64,000 nucleotides of DNA from assembly GCA_016212395.1 (NCBI GenBank), contig JACRGF010000062.1:5315-69314 (forward strand), read 5' to 3'. The position numbers and the translations under genes were made by a program. Source of the stretch: Candidatus Micrarchaeota archaeon. GTDB lineage: Archaea > Micrarchaeota > Micrarchaeia > Burarchaeales > JACRGF01. Shown in pieces: positions 18,472 through 27,152 of this stretch (position 1 is the first letter of the stretch; every line of letters begins with the position of its first letter). Below the pieces are notes generated by a model. It saw only the letters and a list, made by a program, of their open reading frames with translations. It did not search any database and was not told the origin of the DNA.

Positions 18472-18736
18472 ACCACCAATTCAAAACTCCAAAACTCCTA
18501 AACTACAAAACCAACGAAACAAAACTACCCCAACAAAACTCCAAAACCAACGAAACAAAACCATTCAAAACTTCTAAACTCCAAAACCACCAATTCAAAA
18601 CTCCAAACTACGAAACCTTAAACCCCAAAACTGCAAAACTTCAAAACCAACGAACCAAAACCACTCGAAACTCCTAAACCACAAAACTCCAAAACTACTA
18701 AACTGCAGAACTTCTAAACTCCGAAACGCCTAAACT
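18472..18736 (-). repeat. 265-nt array of roughly 33 degenerate 8-nt units (plus strand NNNAAAC; transcript sense GTTTNNN)
   Basis: ttcaaaac tccaaaac tcctaaac tacaaaac caacgaaac ... Contains internal higher-order duplicates (ccaccaattcaaaactcc twice, aaaaccaacgaaacaaaac twice). Fills the whole spacer between the helicase and DPCK genes. Confidence 0.85.
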
Positions 18737-20305
18737 TCAAACGAAATCCGCCATGGTGCTCTGGCCTTTCTTGACTGCTTTTTCTTTCTTCAATTTTGAA
18801 GGCAAAGCTTCGTTTTGTGGAGTTTCTCCGCTCATTGTTTTAAGTATTCGCTTCATTTTCGTTTCCTTCGCCCTGCTCGACCAAAAGTATGATTCGTCGC
18901 GCGTTCCTTTTGTAATCAAAATTATCGCCTCGCCAGCCTTCGCGCGCCCAGCCCTGCCTCTTCGCTGGATAGAACGAATTTCGCTTGGAATAGGCTCGTA
19001 GAAAACAACGCAATCCACTTGCGGAATGTCAAGCCCTTCCTCGCCAATCGAGCTCGCGACAAGCACGTTGAACTCGCCCCGCCTGAACGCTTCGATAGTC
19101 TCCTGCTGTTCCTTCTGCGAAACGCCGTCGCGCTTTCCAACAAACTGAAGCGCCTTCACTCCCTCAATTGAATTCAACCGCTCGACAATGCGTTTTATCT
19201 GGTCCCGGTACTGCACGAACACGATGAACGTCTTGCCTTGGCGCGCGCTGATGAGCTCAACGAGTTTCACTATCTTCGGGTGCTCTACAGACAATTTTTC
19301 AGCGTCAGCCAAAAGCGAAATAGTGCGCTCGTCGCTCAACAGCTTCAATACCGCCTTGCTTTTCTCCTCGCGTTCGTTCATGCGCTTGAAAAAATCAAGG
19401 AACGCGCCCACGCTCTGCGTCTCGAGCAGCTCGTGCGCGTGAACAAGGTTGAACAACAGCGCGACGTTCATCATGCCGGGGTATTTCGTTGGCCGCTTGT
19501 CGCGCAAAATGCGCTTGCGCATTTCAATCAACGCCTTCTTCCTCAACGTCTTCACGTTCCCATAAACATACCCGAGATTGCGCAACACGCCCACGCGCTC
19601 TTCAACCATCTCGCCCAAACGCTGCTTAAGCAAAGCATACTCAACAGGAAGCTCGACGAAAACCCACTCGACGTCCAACTGCTTCACGTACTTCGCCACG
19701 TCCTCGTCAGCCTCACTGCGCGCTTCAACATTCGAAATGCCGAGCGCCTTCATCGTCTCCTCAATCTTCTTCCTGCTCCCGCCAGGAGAAGCAGTCAAAG
19801 CCAAAACAACAGCCTTGCTCGCCTTGCACTCGTTGGCAACAAAAGTGTAAGCATAATCGCCAACTGCACGATGGCTCTCGTCAAAAACAACTAATCCGAA
19901 GTCGCTCACGCGCGCAATTCCAGAACGCAAATCATTCTGCACAGTCTGAGGCGTGGCGGAAATAACGCGCGCATTCTTCCAAACAGCCTCGCGGTTTTCA
20001 GGCTTCGTCTCCCCAGTAAGCAAAACAACCTCGCTCTCGGAAAGAAGCATCATTTCAAGCACGCGCACAACATGCTGTTCAGCCAACGGCTTTGTCGGAG
20101 CCATGAACAACACGCGCTTGCCCTCGCGCAAAACAGCATCCATCACAAGCAACGCGACAACAGTTTTCCCCAAGCCAGTAGGCAGCACTACAAGCGAATT
20201 GCCGTTGCGCAAAACATTCCCGGCAATGCTCGACTGGTAATCACGAGGCTGCACAGCACCCGCACGCAGAAACGAATCCGACGCCATAAGCAGAAATTTC
20301 TTCAA
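18737..20305 (-). CDS. Hef/FANCM-type SF2 helicase (helicase domains only, no nuclease domain)
   Basis: PRDYQ...LVVLPTGLGKT (motif I). DESH. TASPG. C-terminal lobe SSIGEEGLDIPQVDCVVFYEP...QRRGRAGR. Confidence 0.85.
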   Translation of the reverse strand: MKKFLLMASDSFLRAGAVQPRDYQSSIAGNVLRNGNSLVVLPTGLGKTVVALLVMDAVLREGKRVLFMAPTKPLAEQHVVRVLEMMLLSESEVVLLTGETKPENREAVWKNARVISATPQTVQNDLRSGIARVSDFGLVVFDESHRAVGDYAYTFVANECKASKAVVLALTASPGGSRKKIEETMKALGISNVEARSEADEDVAKYVKQLDVEWVFVELPVEYALLKQRLGEMVEERVGVLRNLGYVYGNVKTLRKKALIEMRKRILRDKRPTKYPGMMNVALLFNLVHAHELLETQSVGAFLDFFKRMNEREEKSKAVLKLLSDERTISLLADAEKLSVEHPKIVKLVELISARQGKTFIVFVQYRDQIKRIVERLNSIEGVKALQFVGKRDGVSQKEQQETIEAFRRGEFNVLVASSIGEEGLDIPQVDCVVFYEPIPSEIRSIQRRGRAGRAKAGEAIILITKGTRDESYFWSSRAKETKMKRILKTMSGETPQNEALPSKLKKEKAVKKGQSTMADFV

Positions 20306-20455
20306 GACAAAATATAAACATTAATAAGTGAACCCGTAATTAAGCAGTAAACACAGTGCGACCGCTTTTCTTACGAGCCATTGAAAACGTTTTTAAACCT
20401 GAATTAATACTAAGTATGAGCAGGTATGAGGAGGTTGGAAGTCTGGGGTTTGGGA

Positions 20456-20493
20456 GTTTCGGAGTTTAGAAGTTCTGCAGTTTAGTAGTTTTG
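20456..20493. repeat. 38-nt exact inverted copy of 18690-18727
   Basis: gtttcggagtttagaagttctgcagtttagtagttttg is the exact reverse complement of ccaaaactactaaactgcagaacttctaaactccgaaac (minus one terminal base). The pair brackets the helicase gene. Confidence 0.9.
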
Positions 20494-20525
20494 TTTGTTT
20501 AGTTTTGCAGTTTGGGAGTGGTGGC

Positions 20526-21323
20526 ATGGGGAGAGAGTTGAAGGATAAAATAGCATTTTCAATTGACCCGAAGCTGTTGAAGCGTGTTGACGAGATGGTT
20601 GACAACGTGACAGTGAGGAGCAGGTCGCACGCGATAGACATTCTTTTGAGAAAAGCGTTCGGCGAAGACAAGGTGAGAAGCGCGTTCGTGTTTGCCGGAG
20701 GCGAGAAAAGCGCGAAGTACGGAATTCCCAAGTGCATGGTTGAAGTGAATGACAAGCCTTTGCTCCAGCACGCGATAGAATGGCTTGAAAAAAACGGGGT
20801 AGAGGAAGTGACGATAGCAACAGGAAAATTCAAGGACCAGATTGAAAGCTACTTCAAAAACGGGGAGGAATTCGGAGTGAAAATTGATTACGTGGCTGAA
20901 TTCGAGCCGCTTGGAACCGCAGGCGCGCTCAACAACGCGGGCGTGAGGTTCAAGACAACGTTCGTGGCAATGAACGGCGACGTGGCGTGCGACTTCAGCC
21001 TCGAGAAAATAGTGGAGTTTCACAAGCGAAGCAAGGCAGTCGCAACAATGGCTTTGACTGAAGTTGAAAGCGCCTCGAAATACGGCGCAGTAGAACTGGA
21101 AGGCGAAAAAATAACCGGCTTCGTGGAAAAGCCCAAGGAAGGAAAAGAGCCGAGCAAGCTCGTCAACGCAGGAGTTTACGTCTGCGAACCTTCAATAGTA
21201 GGGTTTACTCCAGAGAAAGGAATGCTTGAGAAAGACGTGTTTCCACTTCTCGCGAAAAAAAAGCTTTTGAACGGATTCGTGTTCAGCGGGCAGTGGCTTG
21301 AAGCCTCAAGCGAAAAAGAGTAA
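20526..21323 (+). CDS. Ribbon-helix-helix (CopG-like) domain fused to a sugar-phosphate nucleotidyltransferase-fold domain
   Basis: N-terminal IAFSIDPKLLKRVDEMV...RSRSHAIDILLRKAF. Then FVFAGGEKSAKYGIPKCMVEVNDKPLL...EPLGTAGAL...VEKPKE. The G-loop lacks the usual GxGTRL. Confidence 0.65.
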   Translation: MGRELKDKIAFSIDPKLLKRVDEMVDNVTVRSRSHAIDILLRKAFGEDKVRSAFVFAGGEKSAKYGIPKCMVEVNDKPLLQHAIEWLEKNGVEEVTIATGKFKDQIESYFKNGEEFGVKIDYVAEFEPLGTAGALNNAGVRFKTTFVAMNGDVACDFSLEKIVEFHKRSKAVATMALTEVESASKYGAVELEGEKITGFVEKPKEGKEPSKLVNAGVYVCEPSIVGFTPEKGMLEKDVFPLLAKKKLLNGFVFSGQWLEASSEKE

Positions 21324-21342
21324 AATTCAGAGAGGGATTTGA

Positions 21343-22479
21343 ATGAAGATAATTCATGCTTTTGGAACTAGAGCGTGCGCCATTAAAATGGCCCCGCTCA
21401 TACGCGAATGCGCTGACAGAAACCACGAGACGATAGTGTTGTGGAGCGGACAGCATTACTCCTCCCACTTGTACGAAGAAGTGTTCGACGACTTGGAAAT
21501 GCCAAGGCCGAAGTATGATATTTTAGCGCGCGGAACGCCTTGCGAAATAGGCGCGAAGATAATGGTTGAGACTGAAAAGATTTGCAAGAACGAAAAAGCA
21601 GACATTATCCTCACGCACGGAGACACGTTCACTGCTTTGTTCTTTTCACTCGGAGGCGCGCTCGCGCTCACTCCAGTAGGCCACGTTGAGGCAGGGCTGC
21701 GCACGAACTCGTGGGAGCCTTTCCCTGAACAAATTTGCACTCGCGGAAGCGACGCGTGCACAGCACTCTACTTCGCAGCAACAGAGAAAAACAGGAAGGA
21801 CTTGTTGAGCGAAGGCCACCCGAAAGAAAGGATTTTCGTAGTTGGAAACACTATTGTTGACGCCGCCTTCAAGCACGCTGAGCTCGCAAGAAAAAAAAGC
21901 GAAATCCTGAAGCAACTGAAGCTAAAGCAGCCACTCATCTACTGGAGCGCGCACAGAAAGGAAAACATGCTTCACGAAGAAAGAATGCGCGGGATTTTCG
22001 ACTCGCTTCTCGAATTGGAGGAATACGATTTCTTCTGCTCAGTGCTTCCAAGCACGCAGCAAGCAGCTGAAAAATACGGGTACGCTGAAAAACTCGCTAA
22101 AGCAAAACACATCGCGTGGGTGCCGTGCCTGCCGAAATACACTGACGCACTGAGAGTGCTCCTCGAAAGCAAAGCATGCTTGACAGACAGCGGGGGAATG
22201 CAGGAAGAATGCGCGAGCCTCAACATTCCCTGCCTAACTTTGCGCTACGTGACGGACAGGCCTGAAAGCGTTGACGCAGGCGCAAACAAATGCGTTGGCA
22301 CGAAAAAAGAAGTGATAATAAAGGAAGTGCGCGAGCTAATGGAAGACGAAAAACTCCAGAGAAAAATGCGCGACGCGCCAAACCCTTACGGAGACGGAAA
22401 AACGTCGAAAAGAATAATGGACTTGATAGAAGAACACGAAGGAAAAATGGAAAGATGGGAAAAAGAAATAAGAAAATAA
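21343..22479 (+). CDS. wecB: UDP-N-acetylglucosamine 2-epimerase (non-hydrolysing)
   Basis: FGTRACAIKMAPLI, HVEAGLRT, LTDSGGMQEE. Confidence 0.9.
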   Translation: MKIIHAFGTRACAIKMAPLIRECADRNHETIVLWSGQHYSSHLYEEVFDDLEMPRPKYDILARGTPCEIGAKIMVETEKICKNEKADIILTHGDTFTALFFSLGGALALTPVGHVEAGLRTNSWEPFPEQICTRGSDACTALYFAATEKNRKDLLSEGHPKERIFVVGNTIVDAAFKHAELARKKSEILKQLKLKQPLIYWSAHRKENMLHEERMRGIFDSLLELEEYDFFCSVLPSTQQAAEKYGYAEKLAKAKHIAWVPCLPKYTDALRVLLESKACLTDSGGMQEECASLNIPCLTLRYVTDRPESVDAGANKCVGTKKEVIIKEVRELMEDEKLQRKMRDAPNPYGDGKTSKRIMDLIEEHEGKMERWEKEIRK

Positions 22480-22589
22480 AAAAAATGGAAAAAAAAGAGA
22501 TGAACGAAAAAATAAAAAGAAGAAAAAAATAATTAAAAAAACTGACGAGCAACGCACGCAAAAAAAATAAATTCATGTAAAACAACTGT

Positions 22590-22610
22590 GTGTTTTTTGT
22601 TTTTCGTGTG
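22590..22610 (+). terminator. T-tract motif gtgttttttgtttttcgtgtg
   Basis: T6 and T5 runs downstream of wecB. Same 20-mer family as 1414 and 47581. Confidence 0.35.
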
Positions 22611-22658
22611 TTGCAGGAGAGTTTGTTTTCGAATTGCAAATTGTAGAAGGTGATTTTG

Positions 22659-23372
22659 ATGAGAGCGTTTGTATTGTGCGGCGGCGAGGGGACGAGGCTT
22701 AGGCCTTACACTTATTCCATTCCAAAGCCCATGCTTCCGTTGGGCAACAAGCCTATTCTCGAATTCGTAGTGAACAATTTGAAGAGGCACGGGGTTACGG
22801 ACGTGACGCTCACGGTAGGCTACTTGCGCGAGCAAATCGAAGCCTACTTCGGGGACGGGAAAAAGTTCGGGGTGAAAATGCGTTACTTGGTTGAAGACAA
22901 GCCAATGAACACTGCAGGCTCCATTTTCCCGGCAAAGCAGGAAGTGCAAAAAGAAGATGAAACGTTCGTGGTGGTAATGGGCGACCACTTGACTTCTGCA
23001 AACTTGACGAAAATGATAGATTTCCACAAGAAAAAGAAAGGAATTGGGACAATGGGATTGAAAATGCAGGGAACGCCATTAGAGTACGGAGTTGCTGAAA
23101 TGGACAAGGAAGGAAAAATCACAGGGTTTAAAGAAAAACCCATTTTGACGAATTTAATTAATGCAGGCATTTACGTACTCGAGCCTGAAGTGTTCGACTA
23201 CATTGAAGTAGGAAAGGATTTTGCAAAACACGTGTTCCCAGCAGTAATGCAGCAAGGCAAAAAAATCTACGGCTACCCGTTCGACGAATACTGGATAGAC
23301 ATTGGAAGGCTAGCAGACTACGAAGACCTGCACAGAATGATGAGCATAATGGAAATGGCAAAACACGGGTGA
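22659..23372 (+). CDS. Sugar-1-phosphate nucleotidyltransferase
   Basis: MRAFVLCGGEGTRLRPYTYSIPKPMLPLGNKPIL. ATG at 22659 follows gaaggtga. Confidence 0.85.
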   Translation: MRAFVLCGGEGTRLRPYTYSIPKPMLPLGNKPILEFVVNNLKRHGVTDVTLTVGYLREQIEAYFGDGKKFGVKMRYLVEDKPMNTAGSIFPAKQEVQKEDETFVVVMGDHLTSANLTKMIDFHKKKKGIGTMGLKMQGTPLEYGVAEMDKEGKITGFKEKPILTNLINAGIYVLEPEVFDYIEVGKDFAKHVFPAVMQQGKKIYGYPFDEYWIDIGRLADYEDLHRMMSIMEMAKHG

Positions 23373-23416
23373 AAAACAGTTCTTTCGCAATGCTCACTCT
23401 GCAAAATACTGGCGAA

Positions 23417-24565
23417 CTACTTTTTTTCTTTCGCAACCTGCTCGCACACCTGCTCGAATCGCGTGAGGAATGCGTCCCACGAGAATTTTTCTTTCACTCT
23501 CTTTCCTGCATTCCCCCCGAGCTCTGCGCACTTTACTTTGCTTTCAGCGAGTTCAGCCATGCGCACGGCCATTTCATCAGTGGAATTCACTAAATAGCCT
23601 GTTTCTCCTTGAACGATTACTTCTTTTGGCCCGCCTTCGTTCACTGCAATGCAGGGCTTGAACGACGCGCCAGCCTCAAGAGGAATAATGCCGAAGTCCT
23701 CATTTATTGGAGTGTACACGACAGCCCTGCAGCCTGCGTACAATTCATTCAACTTTTTAGAGTCAACATCCAAAAGAATTTCTCCGTCTTCTCCAAGCAT
23801 TTTTTTTATTCGCTCGAAATAAGCAACGTGGTCCGCGCGCGAACGCACGAGCGCGCCGGCAATCACGAAACGCATTTTCCTGCCCTTCCACTTTTCCTTG
23901 AACTTCCTGAACGCCTCAATCGCCAATTCAAACCGCTTTTCAGGAGCAATGCGCGAAGGATAAAAAAAGTAATCGCCGTACTTGCCTTTCGAAAACTCTC
24001 CAAACTCCACTCCAGGGTTGAGCACTTCACTCTCCAGCCCCAAAAATTTCTTTATCCGCTCCTGCGTGTTCCTGCTGTTCGCGAAAATAAACTCGATGTT
24101 GGGAACCGTCTTGAACTCAAAGTGACGGTAAGCACGAATGGCAGACGCATAAAGAGCTTTCTCCAAAACATTTCTCTTCCTCATGCGCCACTCGTACAAA
24201 TCAAACGCTTCCCTGTTCGGAGTGTGGCAAAACCACACTGCAGGCTTGTTCTTGTTGCGCGCCCACTCGCTGGGAGTTCCCTGCAAATTCACGACATCGT
24301 AATCGCTTTGGATTTTCAAGTTGAAGAACTGTTCTCCTGCAATAGCAGCGTCACGCACGCGCTTTGGCAAAAGAGAAGGAACGAAACGCATCGCGCCAGC
24401 AGGCATTTGCTCAACGTCAAGCTCCTTGAACTCCTCGAAAGTGTTTTCAGCATCGTAAATAGAGCAATAGATTTTCGCCTTGAAATGCTGCGCGATTTTC
24501 AAAACAACGCGCTCTGCCCCGCCCCGCGTGTAAAGAAAAGGATGACAAATTGCCAGCTTAACCAC
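23417..24565 (-). CDS. Glycosyltransferase, GT4 (group 1) family
   Basis: C-terminal EDFGIIPLEAGASFKPCIAVNEGGPKEVI (E-x7-E region). Confidence 0.8.
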   Translation of the reverse strand: MVKLAICHPFLYTRGGAERVVLKIAQHFKAKIYCSIYDAENTFEEFKELDVEQMPAGAMRFVPSLLPKRVRDAAIAGEQFFNLKIQSDYDVVNLQGTPSEWARNKNKPAVWFCHTPNREAFDLYEWRMRKRNVLEKALYASAIRAYRHFEFKTVPNIEFIFANSRNTQERIKKFLGLESEVLNPGVEFGEFSKGKYGDYFFYPSRIAPEKRFELAIEAFRKFKEKWKGRKMRFVIAGALVRSRADHVAYFERIKKMLGEDGEILLDVDSKKLNELYAGCRAVVYTPINEDFGIIPLEAGASFKPCIAVNEGGPKEVIVQGETGYLVNSTDEMAVRMAELAESKVKCAELGGNAGKRVKEKFSWDAFLTRFEQVCEQVAKEKK

Positions 24566-24667
24566 TCAAGTTCACCGAATAGCTTAAGCCTCCAAAAATT
24601 TTTAACTGTTCCAAAACAAGCGGAAACAACCCAACAAGCACAAGCAAAAAAAAATAAATGCAAACAG

Positions 24668-25324
24668 TTAGAGGAATGCCCTCGCTGAACGAATTTCTTC
24701 TTTGAACTTTCTTACTGTTCCGGTTATGTCGTTTGTTTTCAAAACAGCAGAAATAACTGCCACGCCGTCAGCACCAGTGTTCACAACGCTCGCGACATTA
24801 TCAATGCAAATCCCGCCGATAGCAACAACAGGAATGCTTTTCGAATGGCAGTAATCACAAGCACGCTTCAATTCACTCAAGCCAGTTTCAGGAGAAGCGT
24901 CAGCTTTCGTCGCAGTGAAAAAAACAGGCCCGAAACCAACATAATCAGGCTTTCTCCCCTCGAAAGCAAGACTGCAAACGCGCGCAACATCATTAAAATT
25001 AGTTGCAGAAACGCCTGCACTTTTTTCTTTCCCAACTATTTTTCTCGCTTCGGCGTATTCGGCGTCCTTATGCCCCACGTGCACTCCATCCGCATCAACA
25101 GCTTTCGCGAGCTCTGGAAAATCGTTTATAATTAAAGGAACGCTGGCTCGCCTGCACACTTCAAAAATTTTGCTTGCTTCCTCTTTCATTTCATCAAAAC
25201 GCTTCTCCTTCTCCCTGTACTGCACGATAGTTGCTCCGCCTTCAATCGCCTGCTTTACTGTTTCAATTACTGGAACGCGCGAAAGCTTCCTGTCCGTAAT
25301 GAAATAAAAAGAATAATCCGTCAT
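24668..25324 (-). CDS. thiE: Thiamine-phosphate synthase
   Basis: FYFITDR, VQYREK, IINDFPELAKAVDADGVHVG, VVAIGGI. The start is the internal ATG at 25324. Confidence 0.9.
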   Translation of the reverse strand: MTDYSFYFITDRKLSRVPVIETVKQAIEGGATIVQYREKEKRFDEMKEEASKIFEVCRRASVPLIINDFPELAKAVDADGVHVGHKDAEYAEARKIVGKEKSAGVSATNFNDVARVCSLAFEGRKPDYVGFGPVFFTATKADASPETGLSELKRACDYCHSKSIPVVAIGGICIDNVASVVNTGADGVAVISAVLKTNDITGTVRKFKEEIRSARAFL

Positions 25325-25388
25325 AAAAACACCAAAGCAAAAAAAAACACGCGAAAAAAAGCGCGCGCCACACTCCACTCTCCTCCAC

Positions 25389-26201
25389 TCACGCTCTTGA
25401 CACTCTCGCAAGCCCAGTTATTTTTTCTTCATCCAAATTGTAAATCTCGTCGAAGAAATTCGCTTTAAAGCTTCCAGGCCCATTGCTCTGCTTTGCCGCA
25501 AGCTCGCCGGACATGCCGTAGCAGGAAAGCGCGGCAGCAGACGCTTTCGCGTGATTCTTTTCAACAGCACAAAACGCTCCGATAACACTCGCAGCCATGC
25601 ACCCCGTCCCGACTATTTTGCCCATCAGCTCGTGGCCGTTGTCAACAAAGAAAATGATCTTGTCAGCACCCGCAATAATGTCCTGCTTGCCGGTAATCAC
25701 GACAGTTGAATTCATTTTCTTTGCAAGGCTCGCGGCAATTTCTTTCGGCTCGCCTTTAACACTAATAGCTTCAACTCCTTTCACTTCAGCTTCAACTCCA
25801 GCAACAACGCCAATCTCGGCAGAATTTCCCTTGATGACATCAACACGAACGTTCTCAAGAATCTGCTTTGTTTTATTCGTGCGCAGGCCAGTAGCTCCAG
25901 CGCCAACAACGTCGAGAATTACAGGAATTTTTTTCTTGTTCGCAGCTTTTCCTGCTTTAATCATCGAGTCAACAAATTCAGGAGTAAGAGTTCCAATGTT
26001 CAACACAAGCGCCTGCGCGATACCCACCATTTCCTCAACTTCCTCGCGCGCGTGCGCCATCACCGGAAGCGCGCCGAACACGCGCGTTACGTTCGCGCAA
26101 TCGTAGATAGTAACCCAATTCGTCAAGTGGTGCACTAAAGGCTTCTTCTCACGCACTCTAGAAAGCATTCCGGCTATTTCCTTTCCATCCACACGAACCA
26201 C
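25389..26201 (-). CDS. thiM: Hydroxyethylthiazole kinase
   Basis: [53 protein letters not shown] start. Confidence 0.9.
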   Translation of the reverse strand: MVRVDGKEIAGMLSRVREKKPLVHHLTNWVTIYDCANVTRVFGALPVMAHAREEVEEMVGIAQALVLNIGTLTPEFVDSMIKAGKAANKKKIPVILDVVGAGATGLRTNKTKQILENVRVDVIKGNSAEIGVVAGVEAEVKGVEAISVKGEPKEIAASLAKKMNSTVVITGKQDIIAGADKIIFFVDNGHELMGKIVGTGCMAASVIGAFCAVEKNHAKASAAALSCYGMSGELAAKQSNGPGSFKANFFDEIYNLDEEKITGLARVSRA

Positions 26202-26271
26202 CCCACACGAAGGACAAAAGTATTACAGCGTAAAAGAATAAAAGCAGTTCAAACGCGGTTTAACGATCAGA

Positions 26272-26412
26272 TTTTTCGAAGGGCACCCGCTCCTACGGGA
26301 GAGGGACCCTGCGCAAGCGCAGGGTATCGCGCCCATTCGAAAAATACTCGCAAAGTCAGCCGGAAATTTTCACCCATTGGCAAAGCCAAAGGCAATCTTA
26401 CCGACTTTGCGA
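26272..26412 (-). ncRNA. Candidate structured RNA: a three-way-junction element (26272-26344) plus a long hairpin (26348-26412)
   Basis: Outer stem tttttcgaa/ttcgaaaaa, a 6-bp stem, a perfect 9-bp hairpin accctgcgc/gcgcagggt, and a 3-bp hairpin. The second element has the 10-bp stem tcgcaaagtc/gactttgcga with the inner hairpin ttggc-aaa-gccaa. One stem position is G:U on the minus strand and A:C on the plus strand. Confidence 0.4.
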
Positions 26413-26456
26413 TAGTTTCGCAGTGGTTTTATCGTTTATTTTATTGCTTGCTTGTT

Positions 26457-27152
26457 TCACTCGCTTAAATCAAAAGGCGCTTCCTTTAGTTCAACGCGGA
26501 CTCCAACAGACTCTGAACGCAACAACACGCGCTTCTCAAAATCCACGAGCACCAACTGTTCCGAACGCGCTTCCTCGCGCCCGTTAAGAGAGGAAGTGAA
26601 CACTTCCCGCACTGCAAATGCTTTCCTGCCCTTGAACTCAGTCACGTTTACAACCTTCAAAGATAATTTGCGGGATTGAATTATTTCAAGTTGGTCGTTT
26701 CTGCTAGTAGCAGTCCAGCTCCACTCCCAGCTCTCGTTCAACGCAAGCATCCACTCCTGAAAAAAATCAAGCGAAGACAAATTCATTTCACCAGTTTCAC
26801 TGAAAGCCTTCGCATACTGAAGCGCCCCATCCTGCCTCACGCACGCTTCAATCCTGCCTTGAGAGGAAGACGAAGAACTCAAGAGAGTACAGCCACCGAC
26901 AACCCGCTTTACATCGCAATCTATAACACGAGACTGGTTGCCCGAGAAATACTCGTAAGCGTACTTATCTCCAGGAAAAAGCTGGAGCACAGTGTTTTTC
27001 ACGAGCAAAGTAGAATTCTCTTCAGTCTTGAAACTCAAATCAAAAGGCCGAAACAGCCACGCGTAAGCAAAAAAAGCAACAACGACTAATACAGACAAAA
27101 GTATAGTGTTCTTCAACCCGAAGTTAAAGCTCGGAAGCTTAAAGCCAGTCAT
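26457..27152 (-). CDS. Membrane-anchored hypothetical protein
   Basis: N-terminal TM ILLSVLVVVAFFAYAWLF. ATG at 27152 overlaps the TGA of the upstream 1001-aa gene (ATGA). The track ORF extends to 27209. Confidence 0.55.
   Translation of the reverse strand: MTGFKLPSFNFGLKNTILLSVLVVVAFFAYAWLFRPFDLSFKTEENSTLLVKNTVLQLFPGDKYAYEYFSGNQSRVIDCDVKRVVGGCTLLSSSSSSQGRIEACVRQDGALQYAKAFSETGEMNLSSLDFFQEWMLALNESWEWSWTATSRNDQLEIIQSRKLSLKVVNVTEFKGRKAFAVREVFTSSLNGREEARSEQLVLVDFEKRVLLRSESVGVRVELKEAPFDLSE

Noticed and set aside
18472-18736. Possible CRISPR array
   Set aside because: The units are only ~8 nt, degenerate and contiguous, with no repeat-spacer alternation. No cas genes are in the window.
22290-22532. 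80-aa Lys/Arg-rich ORF and a 15-codon MEKKEMNEKIKRRKK ORF after wecB
   Set aside because: The first is an alternative frame of the wecB 3' end and the second lies in poly-A-rich spacer. There are no supporting signals.
23609-24688. 359-aa plus-strand ORF
   Set aside because: It is entirely antisense to the well-supported GT4 glycosyltransferase and has no motifs. It is a shadow ORF, typical of this codon bias.
26246-26344. TPP riboswitch upstream of thiM
   Set aside because: The universally conserved CUGAGA and the P4-P5 ACCUGAUCUGGAUAAUGCCAGCG cores are not present. Only a weak cugauc similarity exists. The element is kept as an unknown structured element instead.
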